Positions 23,516 through 35,621 of a DNA stretch of 64,000 nucleotides are shown here, piece by piece. The translations under genes and the position numbers were made by a program. Position 1 is the stretch's first letter. Each line of letters starts with the position of its first letter. The DNA comes from Catajapyx aquilonaris (taxonomy: Eukaryota): positions 1 through 64,000 of the forward strand of contig KZ538683.1 of assembly GCA_000934665.2 (NCBI GenBank). The letters are read 5' to 3'. Below the pieces are notes generated by a model that saw only the letters and a program-made list of their open reading frames with translations, searched no databases and was not told where the DNA came from.

Positions 23516-24635
23516 TATCCGAAGTGGCCTTTAACTCCTATATCTGAACTGGCCTTTATCTCCGAAAATCTAAACTGCTAATGTCCTCCTTTGAGTTCCT
23601 CACAGGTCTAGAGGTGGAATCAGGGGTTGTTGAGCACACAAGTAACAAAATCTGGGCCTATGGCATGGCATTCGTTCTCGATCTTGGTGCGGAGGTGGGC
23701 CATATTGTTACTCTTCACACGTCCATGTGAAAATTGACTTCGTCAGAAAACAGTGACCTCGACAGGAAGGGCGCTTCCTTGTCCATCCTGTCTAAGAACC
23801 AAGCCCATGTTTCCACCCTACTGATCTGTGCAGGACTCGATGGAGGTTATGTTGAATGATTAATGTGAATTGGCCTATCGTGCGGGACTTTTCAAGCACA
23901 CTGTACATTATTAATTTGTCAACATTTTTCACCCCTACAATATTACTTGTTTTGGTCCAATCTAGTGACTGGTGGCTGGATAATTTGCAGTTCTGGCTCA
24001 TCTTGTGTATTTGATGGACAGTATAACTTCCATGACAGTGCATTAGCAGCATGTAAATATGTGACTATCATGCTTCATGATTGTTATGCATCAACTATGT
24101 TATGAACTTTAACTTTTCAGTACATGTAATATTTTTCCTTGCTGAATTGAAAATAATTCTTACAGGTTCTGTTCACCTTAAAAACTCCAATACATATCAT
24201 GTGTTTAACCCTCTGACGGCCGAAGTCAAAGCCCTGTATCTCGACTTTTTGTCATTTTAAGATATTCACGTTTGAAGTTTTTTGTTTCCATTATCGTATA
24301 TGGATTAGGAAGTGCGTAATTTCAATGTGGCCAAACTTTGCAAGGGTTGCTCCTACAGTTATGGGCTTTGTACTAAAAGGTGTGCTTTGCAAAGATGAGT
24401 GCAATGGTGCATTTATCTCCATTTACGTGATTTTCGAAGATACAGGGATTTCACTTAGGCCATCAGCCCTGTAATCCAAAAGCTGCATCAGCAGAACACT
24501 CGGCAGCACCACTTGAGCTGCCTACAACATGCTCACTGCTAAAGCATGTAGCCAACCAATGAACTGTGTACTACACTTGCAGTACCACTGCCCCTAGATC
24601 ATCTGAATAATAATGTATATATTTTAATTCATCAG

Positions 24636-24761
24636 ATGTCGTCTACATCACAAAAGCACAAGAACTTCATCTCTGAGCCAATGGGGGAAAAGCCTGTCAC
24701 TGACCTTGCTGGAATTGGAGAGGTTCTTGGGAAGAGACTGGAGTCGAAAGGATTTGACAAG
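24636..24761 (+). CDS. BANF1: Barrier-to-autointegration factor, coding exon 1
   Basis: catcag|[42 protein letters not shown]|gtctgc. Confidence 0.97.
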
Positions 24762-24832
24762 GTCTGCTTCATTTTTGTCGCTTCTTATGCACTTTTGTTT
24801 GGAGAAATGTAAAATTAATTTTGAATTTGTAG

Positions 24833-24979
24833 GCCTATGTGGTCCTTGGGCAGTTCTTGGTCCTGAAGAAGAACCAGGAGTTTTTTGTGGAGTGGATTAA
24901 GGACCTATCAGGAGCTAACAACAAGCAAGCATCCGACTGCTATCAGTGCCTCTCTGATTGGTGTGCTGAGTTTTTGTAA
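24833..24979 (+). CDS. BANF1: Barrier-to-autointegration factor, coding exon 2
   Basis: tgtag|[48 protein letters not shown]; 71-nt intron; 90 aa in total. Confidence 0.97.
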   Translation, partial: AYVVLGQFLVLKKNQEFFVEWIKDLSGANNKQASDCYQCLSDWCAEFL

Positions 24980-26591
24980 AGCTTTATGGCAACCCTCTCT
25001 CCTGGAGTTATTTTACTTAATTTTGAGGATTTTATGATATACCCCATATTTTTGTGGACAATTTAAAACCACAAGGGCTGCCACCATGGGGCAGTAACGT
25101 ACCTGGCAACTATGTTTAGTTTTTCGTTAGAAAACTTTTGGACTATACCAAATGGTAAGATATTACTTTAACAACAACATTACTGAATACTTACCATTTG
25201 GTTGACTCACATTTTAAACTACTCCAGTCCTGTTTTGAAATTTTGGAGAGGATTATAAGGTATTGTAAATTTGGTGTGTGATTTATTTTTCCATCCCCTT
25301 CTTCCCTGGCCTATATTGGCTCATCCTGCGAGCCTGTGCAGTAGGCAAATGCAAAAACACTACAATCAATAATATTGTTGTTCACTTCTGCCAGAAGTAA
25401 ATCATGCCTGTGCCAAAGTAGGACTTCATTTTTTGTGAGAGGACAAGGCTAACTCGAAACAAGGAACTAACAAGTCTGCATGTTAGCCCAGAGGTAGGGG
25501 ATTATTGCAGTATATGTGACGTGACCTCCCACCTGCTTGATCTTCAGCCTGACCCATGAATGTGCAGTTTTTGGCACTTGTTAGAGCTTGCTGGCAGAGG
25601 GGTCATTGAACAAAAAGAGGAAAATTTTTGAAGGAAATGCGTTTTTGGAACAGGAAGTGTAGGCCTGTAATACCTGGATGGATCTTCTTCCTATTTTCAG
25701 GACAAACACAATGTTTTAAATGAAATAAAAACATTCAATTGTATCTCTTACATTCTGTTGTTTTAAAAAAGTGCCCTGAATCAGTTTTATGTGCAGTTCA
25801 AGGGGAATGTTACAAGTCATCCACCTGAGTATAAAAGAATTATTCTAGAATGTTGCAGAATTTACTGCTTCTTGATGTAGGGTAAAGCAGGGCAAGTGGA
25901 GAGAGATTTTCATATGGTGCAGTTTAAAGGCATGCTATGTCCTCAGTAATTAGCAAGTGAGAAAAAACGTACTGGACAATACCTTACCTTATTGGCTTTC
26001 AAAGTGGCCTATTGCATAAGATTCATATATCGTCGGCATTAACCCTTTTGAGGGTAACGTGCCTCGTATGCGGGTTTTTGAACTTGGCGCGCTAGAGTTT
26101 AGACAGATGCCGCTCCTACCACCTCGTAGAAGGGGGCTCAACTACCATGGGGTATGCTAATCAGTTTTTCCGCCTCCCAGCGTGAGCTAAAAATACCCCC
26201 TCCCTCGGCATCAGAACAGGATGGCCAGTAAGTCTGGACTCTTAGGAATTTTTCATAGTACAGTGTTTTAGTATAATTTTGTAACCATAGTAACAATTTT
26301 GTAGTGACTTTAAAAATTGAAGTAAATTTAAATACATTTCAAGTTAATTGCACAAAATTCTGGAACACCCTGTAGATGATTTTTTTTTTTGGCATTTTAC
26401 ATTCAAAAGGACCACGAGTTAAAATGATAACTATTGGTTCATATTGTTTTTCATTCATATCACTCCTACTACAAATTTTCATTGAGAAAAGAACAAAACT
26501 GCAAAAAAAACTCCGCCGTCAAAGGATTAAGGAGAAAGGGCAAATAGACAATTTTAGAAATTACAGGAGAGACAAAAATAGGTTGAACATA

Positions 26592-27532
26592 CGAGGGCCA
26601 GTCAAAACAAATTGAGACTGTTTTTTATGTGATAAATAGGATTAGTTCATGACTTGCTGTGAATGGCATCGTGTCCAGAATAGATTGAATTATTAGAACA
26701 CCAATTCTTCGAATATTCCAATTCCAGGCAATTCTGACACCGGAAGTAGATCTAGGTTCACATTCACCTCCGCTCTGTCAGGAGGTTGGTGGTGAGGGCC
26801 ATTTTCAGTGTTGAGGTTTTGTTTCCATTTGAAAAAAAAAAAAAAAAAAAAAGAGCAGCTAGGGATGTGTACGACATGCTAAGATTATAAGTAGCAGATA
26901 CTGGTCACCATGTTCAGCCACAAGAAGTTGCAATTCTTCACAAACCTCCACCCGTATCTGCCTCTTCTCTGGCATCAACAGCCTGGGGCCCAATCGCATC
27001 GGGTGCAAACGCTTCTCATGTGAAAATGGTCAATGCAAAAATTGTGTGGGCACTACCACGGGAGATGCCACACATTCTGGGAAGGGCATTGACGGTTATG
27101 AGGTGATCTTCCTGGAAAATCACTGCGCAGGTGGTGTTAAAGATATCCTCAGATGGGATTCTGCAAACCTGTCTCTTTGAAAGCAGACTACCGACCCTCT
27201 CTGAATGATTTGTACCATCAGACTGCTGTGGAACACTTCTTCACCATACACCTCTCCTAGCATGTCGTATGCCTCCGTCACTGTGTCTTCAAACTGAAGC
27301 AAAACCTCTATCTGAATATTGTCCTCACCTCCGACCTTCTGGCAGAGCATTGGTGAATATGAACCTCGTTCTACTTCAGGTGTCACTGTCTCTTGGGATC
27401 TTGGAATATTCTAACAAAAATTGGTGATCTAATACTTCAATAAATTCTGGACACTATGCCATTCACTGCGATTAATGAACTAACTGTCTTTAAATACAAA
27501 AAAATCAGTCAATTTGTTTTGACAGGCCTTCG
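26592..27532. mobile_element. mariner-derived element built from two inverted 5' ends
   Basis: TA|CGAGGGCCAGTCAAAACAAATTGA ... TCAATTTGTTTTGACAGGCCTTCG|TA; decayed N-terminal HTH coding (TEAYDMLGEVYGEE, GISRGSAHTI) on the minus strand with a partial inverted copy. Confidence 0.8.
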
Positions 27533-30110
27533 TAGTCCTCACAAATCACAGCATCCTGTATGTGCACTGTTTCACAATCGTCCTTTCACCAAAACCTGCA
27601 GTGTGTCATGTCACCTTAAAATACGCATTTTCGGCATATTTCGAAAAATGGTCTACTCGCCCTTTCTCCTTAATGCCAACGATGTGGGTGCTACAAAAAA
27701 TAATTCAAATCTGCACATGGTGGAATTCTCTCAGATTAATGAACATTGCCCAGGTTGCACAGCACTAGTGCCACAAAGACACAAACTTCCTCGGTCAGTC
27801 TGTTTTTTCCTAATAAAAAAATTCCAAGAAGTTCTTACAGGACGAACTTTTATTCAGTGCTCCACAACAGGTTGGCTAACAGTAGCCTACTGACATCTGA
27901 ATAAAATGCATTATATGGAAGTGTTTTCACACCAGTACAGGGTTCGAAATTAGCCTGTCACCAGCCGCAGAATATCCATTGGTGACCACAAAAAGAGGTC
28001 TTGTCATCTCTCTAGGCGACCGCTAGCTTTATTCCTCCAATACTGCATTTCGATCCATATACCAGTATTAATTGGGTACACAATTTCCCCTGACGATGTC
28101 TAGTTAGGGGCAAGTGTGCCACCCTCTTTAAAAACCAGCCTGATGAAGCCACCAAAATTGAACAATTACAGAGTGTCAGTACACCTTAACCTCTTACGTA
28201 CAATGCCAGAGCGGTTACGCGGCATGAGATACAAAGCCTCGTCAGAAATTCTGCGAAAGATACTTACATTCTCGCCGAAAACGTTAAAACGCCATCTTGA
28301 ACTTGGCGGCAATTTTTTTATCCATGTGATGAAAGAGACAAGATTGTGCTACTTTTAGCAGAGTGGGCAAAGGTCATCATGAACGTTTCGTGGTTTTCGA
28401 AAGCTCCTGCCACCTTGTGCCATATATTAGAAGCAATGCCGCACTTGCCCCATTTACACACCTTGCCCCGCTTTACCCTACTACTTTTAACTCTTTGTTA
28501 CTCACAAGAGAAGGTCACACATTGTACATGGAGTTGCTGAATGAAATTTGGCACAATAATATAGGCAGGTATTAAAGTTATTAACCAAAATTCAAACCGT
28601 TTCGACCCAGTGCTACAAGGTCAAAAGTTTCAATGTCACATTGTACGTGAATATCCCTTCACCCTGTATGTTCAAAACAAAACACATTTGTACAATCAGC
28701 ACATCTCATAAACGACAAGGTCCTGGATTGCAGGCAGTGGCATGGGGGGAGGATGTTTGAAATAGTATTAGAAATTACTAATTCAAGATTTTTTGGAAAA
28801 CCCAGATTATTGTGAGAGGGGTCGGCGAACCGGGGAAATTTCTCCCAAGTGGGGTAAAAATGAAATTCTTCTGGGTGATGAGGACTCAATTTTTAAAAAT
28901 AACAAATAAAATAAAAGTCCTGGGTAGCCTAGGTGATTCATTAATACTTATTATTTCCATTCAAGTACTCCTTGAAAATTTGATGACCGAATGGCGAATG
29001 TTGATGTAATTTTTCTTGATGTAGATAATGTAGATGTAATTCAGCACTTGAGACTTCCAATAGAAGTTCTGGTCATGGGCACAAAAGACTCTGTATTGTC
29101 AGTAGTATTATTCAGAATAAGCTATTCAGCAGTACCATGATTGTATGTATATTAATTAATTAATATTTTATTTTTTAAATTATTTGCAAGTCTAAAATGT
29201 AGGGGTGAGAAATGTTGAGAAACCAACCAGTAGGCTTATACATGATGAGAGATTGGATTCTCCTTAGAAAAATTAACTACCCACCATGCACCGTATTCTA
29301 CGATGTTTGTACAGGTAGGCTCCTGAGCATAGCTTGTGCAAGGTGTTCTCACACACCTGCTTAGGACTACTCGTAATTATGCATAATCACTTTACATAAA
29401 GCACTGTCCACCTGATTATGCAAGGGACTAACTTCTTGCAATGATCTGATGATGAGTTTCTTGTGCCTAAATAGGTAAAAAATCATGTTGATTATGAGTT
29501 TCTGAGCTGAGACAAAATAGACACACAGGCAATAATAATGGACAAGGATCAGACTGCATGGCCACATTGTTTACTAAAGATTAGGATCCTAGGGTTAGGA
29601 TTTGATGGCAGACTGCTCACATTCTAGAATCTAGATAAGTGGTTTCCAACCTTTTTCTGGTCGCGACCCCCTTTTATGATAGTCAAGTAACCTGCGACCC
29701 CCCCCCTCCCCTCTAGTATTAGTAGATTATTTATGTAGTGTAGATGTATTAAAACATATTTAAAAAATCTTTGTGGTAAAACTTCCTATGAAATTTATTG
29801 CAAGTGAAAATTACCATGGCCACCGCGCGACCCCCAGGTCTAGATGAAGGTGGAGTAAGTGGGGGTTTCAAGGGGTCCTCAGTCCTCACTAGGCCTTTTT
29901 CCCCCCTTGAAATTCTTTATGCTTTTTCACCTAGGAAAATAACCTTTCACCATTTTTTAAAAGTCGTCAGCTATAGAAGCTATGTAAGTTATGTATGAAG
30001 GACTTGAACCAAAAATGCTACAGATTCTGAGTGTATGTGGGATAGGAGGCTATGAGCCCTTTTTTATTGTCCAATTTTCTGGGGCAACCATCTGAGAAAA
30101 TTAAAAATGA

Positions 30111-30357
30111 GGGGGAGGCATGGAGGTCTGGTGGTAACGCCACTGGCCAGCCAAGCGGAGGCCGGGTCTTTTTCCGCTTTTCACCTGACATGCCAGGGCA
30201 GAATTGCACTCCCTACTCTTCCCAGGGCCAGGAGAAAAGGTCTGGTGAATTTCAGAAAGTCAGAAATGACTATAATATTACAGCGCCCTCCCTCTGGAAC
30301 CTCCCCTTCCCCCCTAAAAAGGCTCCGCCTTATCACAGGGTAAATTTTTAAAAAAAT
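30111..30357 (+). mobile_element. tRNA-derived SINE, family A (B-box region deleted)
   Basis: Aligns by eye to the reverse complement of 10741-11013, except for a deletion of about 35 nt in the head. Confidence 0.85.
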
Positions 30358-30559
30358 TAACAAAAATTTAAATAAATTTAAAATGAGCAGCAGATTCCAC
30401 AAAATTATGAAATTTACACAGAGCATGACAATCATAGGTAATAGATAATTAATGTAGTGACAAGGTATAGAAACTCGATGGGTCAGGTATTACCATACAT
30501 GTCAGATGTATGTACTGTAAGCCTATATCAGCTTGTCAAAAAAATATTTGACAAAACAG

Positions 30560-30900
30560 TTTGCTGTGAAGTACTGCATAACTTCCACCAACAAAATGAC
30601 CTTGCTTCTCCCAGAAAATGGTTCCCATGATCTTCCCTGCCAAGGCCTGCACATAAAACATCTTCGGGGAAGGTAAGCTTTTCTGCTTCCACTGTGTTGA
30701 TTATAATCATCTTGGTTGCAGAATCATGGTGATGGACCCATGAAACTTCACATAATTGTCACAACTTTGGAAAATATTTGCTTCAGATTCTCATCCGAAG
30801 ACTTTGGACTGTGCTGGATGCCATGCTGTTTCTGGTCTGCCTTTGCAGTCTTGCCACCCATCACATGCACAATAAAGTTGTCTGTAACTTAGAATACATT
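30560..30900 (-). mobile_element. Decayed mariner transposase fragment
   Basis: Frameshifted remnant resembling AGKxMxTxFWD (GKIMGTIFWE) of the mariner catalytic domain. Confidence 0.45.
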
Positions 30901-31254
30901 ATTTTATAAACTATGCCAGACTCCAGCAGGCCAGTTTATTCCATTTTTTGTTGTTTTTCATATGTGAAAGAGGAAAACAGATAGGTGAAAAAGATATAGA
31001 ATTTTTTACTTCTGATGTATAATACATGTGGTTCAGTGACACAATTCGTAGTTGCAGTGAATGCTATGTAATTGCACCAAGCACTAAAAGTGAACCTGCA
31101 CATCATTCTTCATTCAATTTAAATAAATACACTCTTCACGGAGTCCAAAACAAAGGTAATGTACATACTCATACGTGATATTTATAATGATTTTTTTGCT
31201 AATATATAAATTACAGTATATCTTGAAATTGTATATTCTGTATATCCATGTCCT

Positions 31255-31414
31255 TCAGGCGAGGAAGACAACAAACAAGATGAAAAAGAATATGAGCACG
31301 GCAAACACTTTGAGCATCAGCCAGCGATTGGATGTCACTGAACGAAAGTACTTCAAAATCTCGCCATGTGCTGCTTCAACATTCAGGCTGGTATCCTCGA
31401 CATTGGCATCTATC
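31255..31414 (-). CDS. STX5: Syntaxin-5 last coding exon (SNARE end and transmembrane anchor)
   Basis: IDANVEDTSLNVEAAHGEILKYFRSVTSNRWLMLKVFAVLIFFFILFVVFLA*; long form 382 aa, short form 325 aa. Confidence 0.96.
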
Positions 31415-31570
31415 CTGTTAGATGATATTGGTTAATTGGCCATTATCATTCCATACATTTGTGAACACCATAATAGCTGTGATTTCTCGAGCTATCTTAC
31501 ATTACATGCTTTAGAAATAGCTCACAACTGACAACTTTTTGGCAAGTACATAACTGATATATCATCATAC

Positions 31571-31692
31571 CTTTGGACAACCTCTTCCTGCTCTCGCACC
31601 ATGTGCGCCAGCTGCTGGAATATTCCACTCAATTCTACAATGGTTGATTCAATGTTTTGCATTGTTTCCACTCTACTCTGCAGATATGATTC
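31571..31692 (-). CDS. STX5: Syntaxin-5 coding exon 3 (Qa-SNARE motif)
   Basis: ESYLQSRVETMQNIESTIVELSGIFQQLAHMVREQEEVVQR. Confidence 0.96.
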
Positions 31693-32027
31693 CTGCCAAA
31701 ATAAGATTTATAAGTTTTGATAGGATGTTCATGTACTGTCATAGTCAACACGATGAAGACATTCCATCATGAAGGGGTGCAACAAGTTCATGAGAAACTT
31801 AGTGGGATTTTTGTGCTATAATGTTAATGTGCAGTAACGTACATAAAGATTGTAGTAACTTCTACTACTGCATAATCACATTGGAGCAGAATCATTGGAG
31901 CCCCTCACAATGGAACATCTTAACCTTTTTAACTATGATAGTACTTCAGGAGTTGCAAATTGTTTGAGATGAGGATCATGTGCTGTGGGCAAACCAAACT
32001 GTACACCAGCTTTAGAAACCAACATAC

Positions 32028-32515
32028 CGAGTCATCATAGACCTGGACCTGCTGTCCTCCAGTACTACCACTGTGCCCCATGTCAATGGAAACTTGCCCA
32101 TGGCTACCTGAAGGGTCATTTCCATAATCATCTTGGGCCAGCAACACTGACCCCTGATGAAACCCTTGCATAGCAGAGGGTGGGAGGGAGGAGGCAGGAG
32201 GCAATCCTCCTTGTTGCCCAAACCGTTGCTGCCGGCTCCTTTGCTTCTTCAGGTTCTCTGAACGAACTTCTAGTACAGACTGGAATTCAGAGCTCATGGT
32301 GGCTAGGCGGGACTGTAGGCCCACTACCACTCCTGAAGAATGCCTCTGTAGGTGAGCCGAGTGAGCAGGGGGTGAATGCAGGGAGTTTGGCCCACGGGCC
32401 AGACTGCCCAAGTCACCTATTTGCTTGTTGAGGCTTCCCAAGTCCTCCTTAATCATGTATGTCAGCTCCTGTATCTCCTTGCCAGGGTCATCAAATAGGG
32501 ACTTCTTCTTAGCCA
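32028..32515 (-). CDS. STX5: Syntaxin-5 coding exon 2 (Habc and linker)
   Basis: LAKKKSLFDDPGKEIQELTYMIKEDLGSLNKQI...HSSGVVVGLQSRLATMSSEFQSVLEVRSENLKKQRSR; donor GTATGT. Confidence 0.96.
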
Positions 32516-32585
32516 CTGTGAGTAATAAAAACACTAATGTGATTCTCTTAAAATATTGTGGATTTTTTGTGTTACAAGAGTGTAA

Positions 32586-32941
32586 GGCCGCTTTCACACG
32601 AGGCCACCATGGCAGCGCCGCCGAATAAGGTAGGCGGCGCTTCTCTGGTGGCATGTTGCAGATTTTTTCGCCACCAAGCCAAGCACGGTCTCAAAATGCA
32701 TGTCTGGCGGCACGAAAAGTCATGCATCTCTTGTGAAAGGCTTCATATGATTCCATGCAAACACAAGGCAGCGCGGCCAGTTGGCGGCGCCAAAAGTCGC
32801 CCTGCCTGCCACCTGTATTTCTGGCAGCACCGCCAAGCACGCGGCCACCACCACGTATGAAAAACTCCTTTTGCAGCAATGCAAAGACATGGCGGTGCCG
32901 CCTTGGCAGCGCATCCATGGTGGCCTCATGTGAAAGAGGCC
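32586..32941. mobile_element. PIF/Harbinger-type MITE in a syntaxin-5 intron
   Basis: TAA|GGCCGCTTTCACACGAGGCCACCATGG ... CCATGGTGGCCTCATGTGAAAGAGGCC|TAA. Confidence 0.88.
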
Positions 32942-33117
32942 TAACAACCATAGGATTGACCACTCGCATAATCAGGTGAACCTCTTGATAACACAAAATT
33001 TTTCAGATGGCATGACAACCTCCTCCATGGCATCCTATCTTCATATTAAGTAATACTATTTGTTTGAGTAAAATTCAAAAGCCAAGCTATTAAAACAAAC
33101 CTTCCAATTATACTTAC

Positions 33118-33496
33118 ACAATGTCAGCTTTTCCAGTTTGGTGTAGGTGTATCCAATGTTCTTCCCTATGGCTCTAGCAATCCCCATGAATTCCGCATAA
33201 TGCTGCAGAGTGCGGCCATCCTTTCTGGTCCCTTGTCTCCTAAGTGATTCAATAGTAACTGCCTGACGACTCTGCAAGGAGCGGACAGTGCCCACAAATT
33301 CATTGGTGCGGTCCCGAGATGTCATGGCTGATGGATGAAATGAATTTGGAGGCGCCGAGACTGATGAAAATGACGAGGGTATAAATGAAGTCGAGCTCGT
33401 CTCGTGAAATATTCCCCTGGTGGACGATGCAGTGTCCCCTCCTAGAAGGGGAACCTGGTCCGACTCTGAGTTGTTACGGCGGCGTCTTGCTGTCAT
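33118..33496 (-). CDS. STX5: Syntaxin-5 coding exon 1 (long start 33496, short start 33325)
   Basis: MTARRRR...MTSRDRTNEF (the Sly1-binding RDRTxEF peptide)...TYTKLEKLTL; acceptor at 33529, donor GTAAGT at 33117. Confidence 0.95.
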
Positions 33497-33750
33497 TTGG
33501 GTGTCTGCATTGGCCTTCCAGTGGATACCTACATACATTGTAGAAGAACTAATTACATTGTGTTTGTTTATTCAGTGATGTGTAACTACTGCCATATTCA
33601 GACATGGCATAGCAGTATTTCACTTCATCTAATTCCATGAAGGAATGCAAGGATTATGGTTTCGTTCACATGATCAAATGAGAAGTAATTTTGACCACCA
33701 AGTAGAAGCAGCCCTGCTCTGCATGATAATATTTCCCTCGCATCATCTTG

Positions 33751-33991
33751 GGGGTCGTCCATAAATTACGTGGACAGGAAGGGGGGGNCTTTTTTTAAAA
33801 AAAATTAATTTAAAAAAATAATTATATGATTCATTGCCTGTGACAAGGCCGAAGAGGGGGGTGCCAGGTCGACTGTACATGTAAATAAAGGGGGAGGGGT
33901 GCATGGATTGTATACAAGTGTCCATTTGGGGGGGAGGGGGGGGGGGTAGAAAATGGTGGGAAAAGTGTCCACGTAATTTATGGGCGGCCCC
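33751..33991. mobile_element. PIF/Harbinger-type MITE
   Basis: TTG|GGGGTCGTCCATAAATTACGTGGACA ... TGTCCACGTAATTTATGGGCGGCCCC|TTG. Confidence 0.85.
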
Positions 33992-34609
33992 TTGTGTCAC
34001 ATTGTAGTCACCTGTAAACCCAATATATTAACTTTTTTATTCTGGCTATAATTTTATCTTTCCTTGCCCAAAAATGTAAAGTTGCGAGCATAATGTTCGT
34101 TGGACAGGAACTCAAACAAGTTCAGTACAGAACTGGTGATGTACCTGTTCCGATACGAAAATTTACTATTTTGCAATCGAGTACAACACGATATCAATAT
34201 CACAAACTGACCCTCTTCAAAACTTGGTATTAAAATAATTCATGGCACAGACACAATCATGTAAAAGCCATTTATGGTAAATAACCTACCACTACTTAAT
34301 GTTCTCATACACCAAGTTAATTCACGGCATTTCAACGTTAACCTCCCNNNNNNNNCCCCTAATTACTGGTACTGTAAAAACCTGTTCAGTTGAACACTGA
34401 TTTAGACAAAAGTGACCAATTGCTCCTATTCTACAAGGTTTTTAAGCCCGAGGCGAAACATCTGCCTTCAACCACTTAAGATAGCACAAAAATGTCACTT
34501 ATCTGCATTGTAAATCAGTGACAAGGAATTAAAAAAAGACAGGTCACATCATACTCATTAATGTATTTTTTCGCTGCCTTTCTTCCCACATCACAATGCC
34601 GGTACTCAC

Positions 34610-35100
34610 CTGGAAATCAGTATATTTCCGCTAATAATGGCACAGGGAACCACCAGCAGACTGTAGCAGACTATCAACTAAAGTAAAATGACTCCATCAC
34701 ACCCGGACTCTCGCAGAGTCCAAACCGGAAGTCCAACGTATCACTCGACAGCAGCGCCTATGCAATTCCGACCCAAATTCATAACAACTGTTATTCAAAT
34801 TCGATTATTATATTTCTAAAAATATTTCAGCTGAAATATAAACACGAATTACTCTTACATGATGGGTCAATTGTGGGTGTATAAACATGACGTCCCATCC
34901 GCCATGTTACAACTCCGTATCTTTCCTTATATCCGGAAGATGGCTCCGTGTTCTTCAAAAACTTGATGGGGAAACCTGCGAAACGCAAAAATTGCAACTC
35001 TTCAACTTCATATTTTGAGTGCGACTATTTAATATTTGTATGAGCAATAGATTATTTGAGGGCTAATAAAACAGGATATAGGGTAACAAGTTGGAGGGGG
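34610..35100. promoter_or_regulatory. Probable syntaxin-5 non-coding first exon and shared bidirectional promoter with PLC-beta
   Basis: Minus-strand donor CAG|GTGAGT at 34610/34609; ETS-like CCGGAAGT (34725); YY1-like CCGCCATGTT (34899); CCGGAAGATGGC (34933); locally CpG-rich between divergent genes. Confidence 0.6.
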
Positions 35101-35522
35101 GTTGGAGGGAGGGGTGTGAGGACTGTGGGGAGTGGTAGCAGGGTTGGGGGTTGGGGACGAAGGGAGGGAGACGGAGGGAGTCGTCTGTGGAGTGCAGTCG
35201 TGCTTCTGAATCGCCGCCCCAATTTATCTCGGGGTCCAGGGCAGGCAGACAAGCACCTGGAGAAGCGCACACAAGGGGCAGGGGCTGGGGGTCATGGGTC
35301 ACCACCTCCACCTCCCGCCACCATCCCCCAATACCCTACCCCCCTAAGAAAATAGCAAACCAGGAGAGTCCCCCGTGTACACCTGACCAGGTGATTCCTC
35401 CTGAGGGATACCCCTAGCTTGTATTTGCTTTGATTTGGTTTAATTTGTAACCACGCCCGCCGGCGCCGAGTTTTTCCCTGCCTGCACCTGTACCAGCGGA
35501 CGGCTGAGACAACGCACGAGTG

Positions 35523-35621
35523 ATGGCGGGAGCCAAGCCCGGAGTGCATGTGGTGCAGCTCAAGCCAGTCGTGGTGCCCAAGTGCCTGCAAGAAGGGGAG
35601 AAGTTCATCAAGTGGGACGAC
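35523..35621 (+). CDS. Plc21C: Phosphoinositide phospholipase C-beta (Plc21C/PLCB1-3 type), coding exon 1
   Basis: [39 protein letters not shown], closely resembling the PLC-beta1 N-terminus (MAGAQPGVHALQLKP...KFVKWDD). Confidence 0.92.

Noticed and set aside
4479..24979. Functional coupling of striatin (PP2A scaffold) and BAF from their adjacency
   Set aside because: Their promoters appear to be separate and about 3 kb apart; adjacency alone is not evidence.
31929..32654. 241-aa ORF as a standalone protein
   Set aside because: It is syntaxin-5 exon 2 read through from an intronic MITE ATG.
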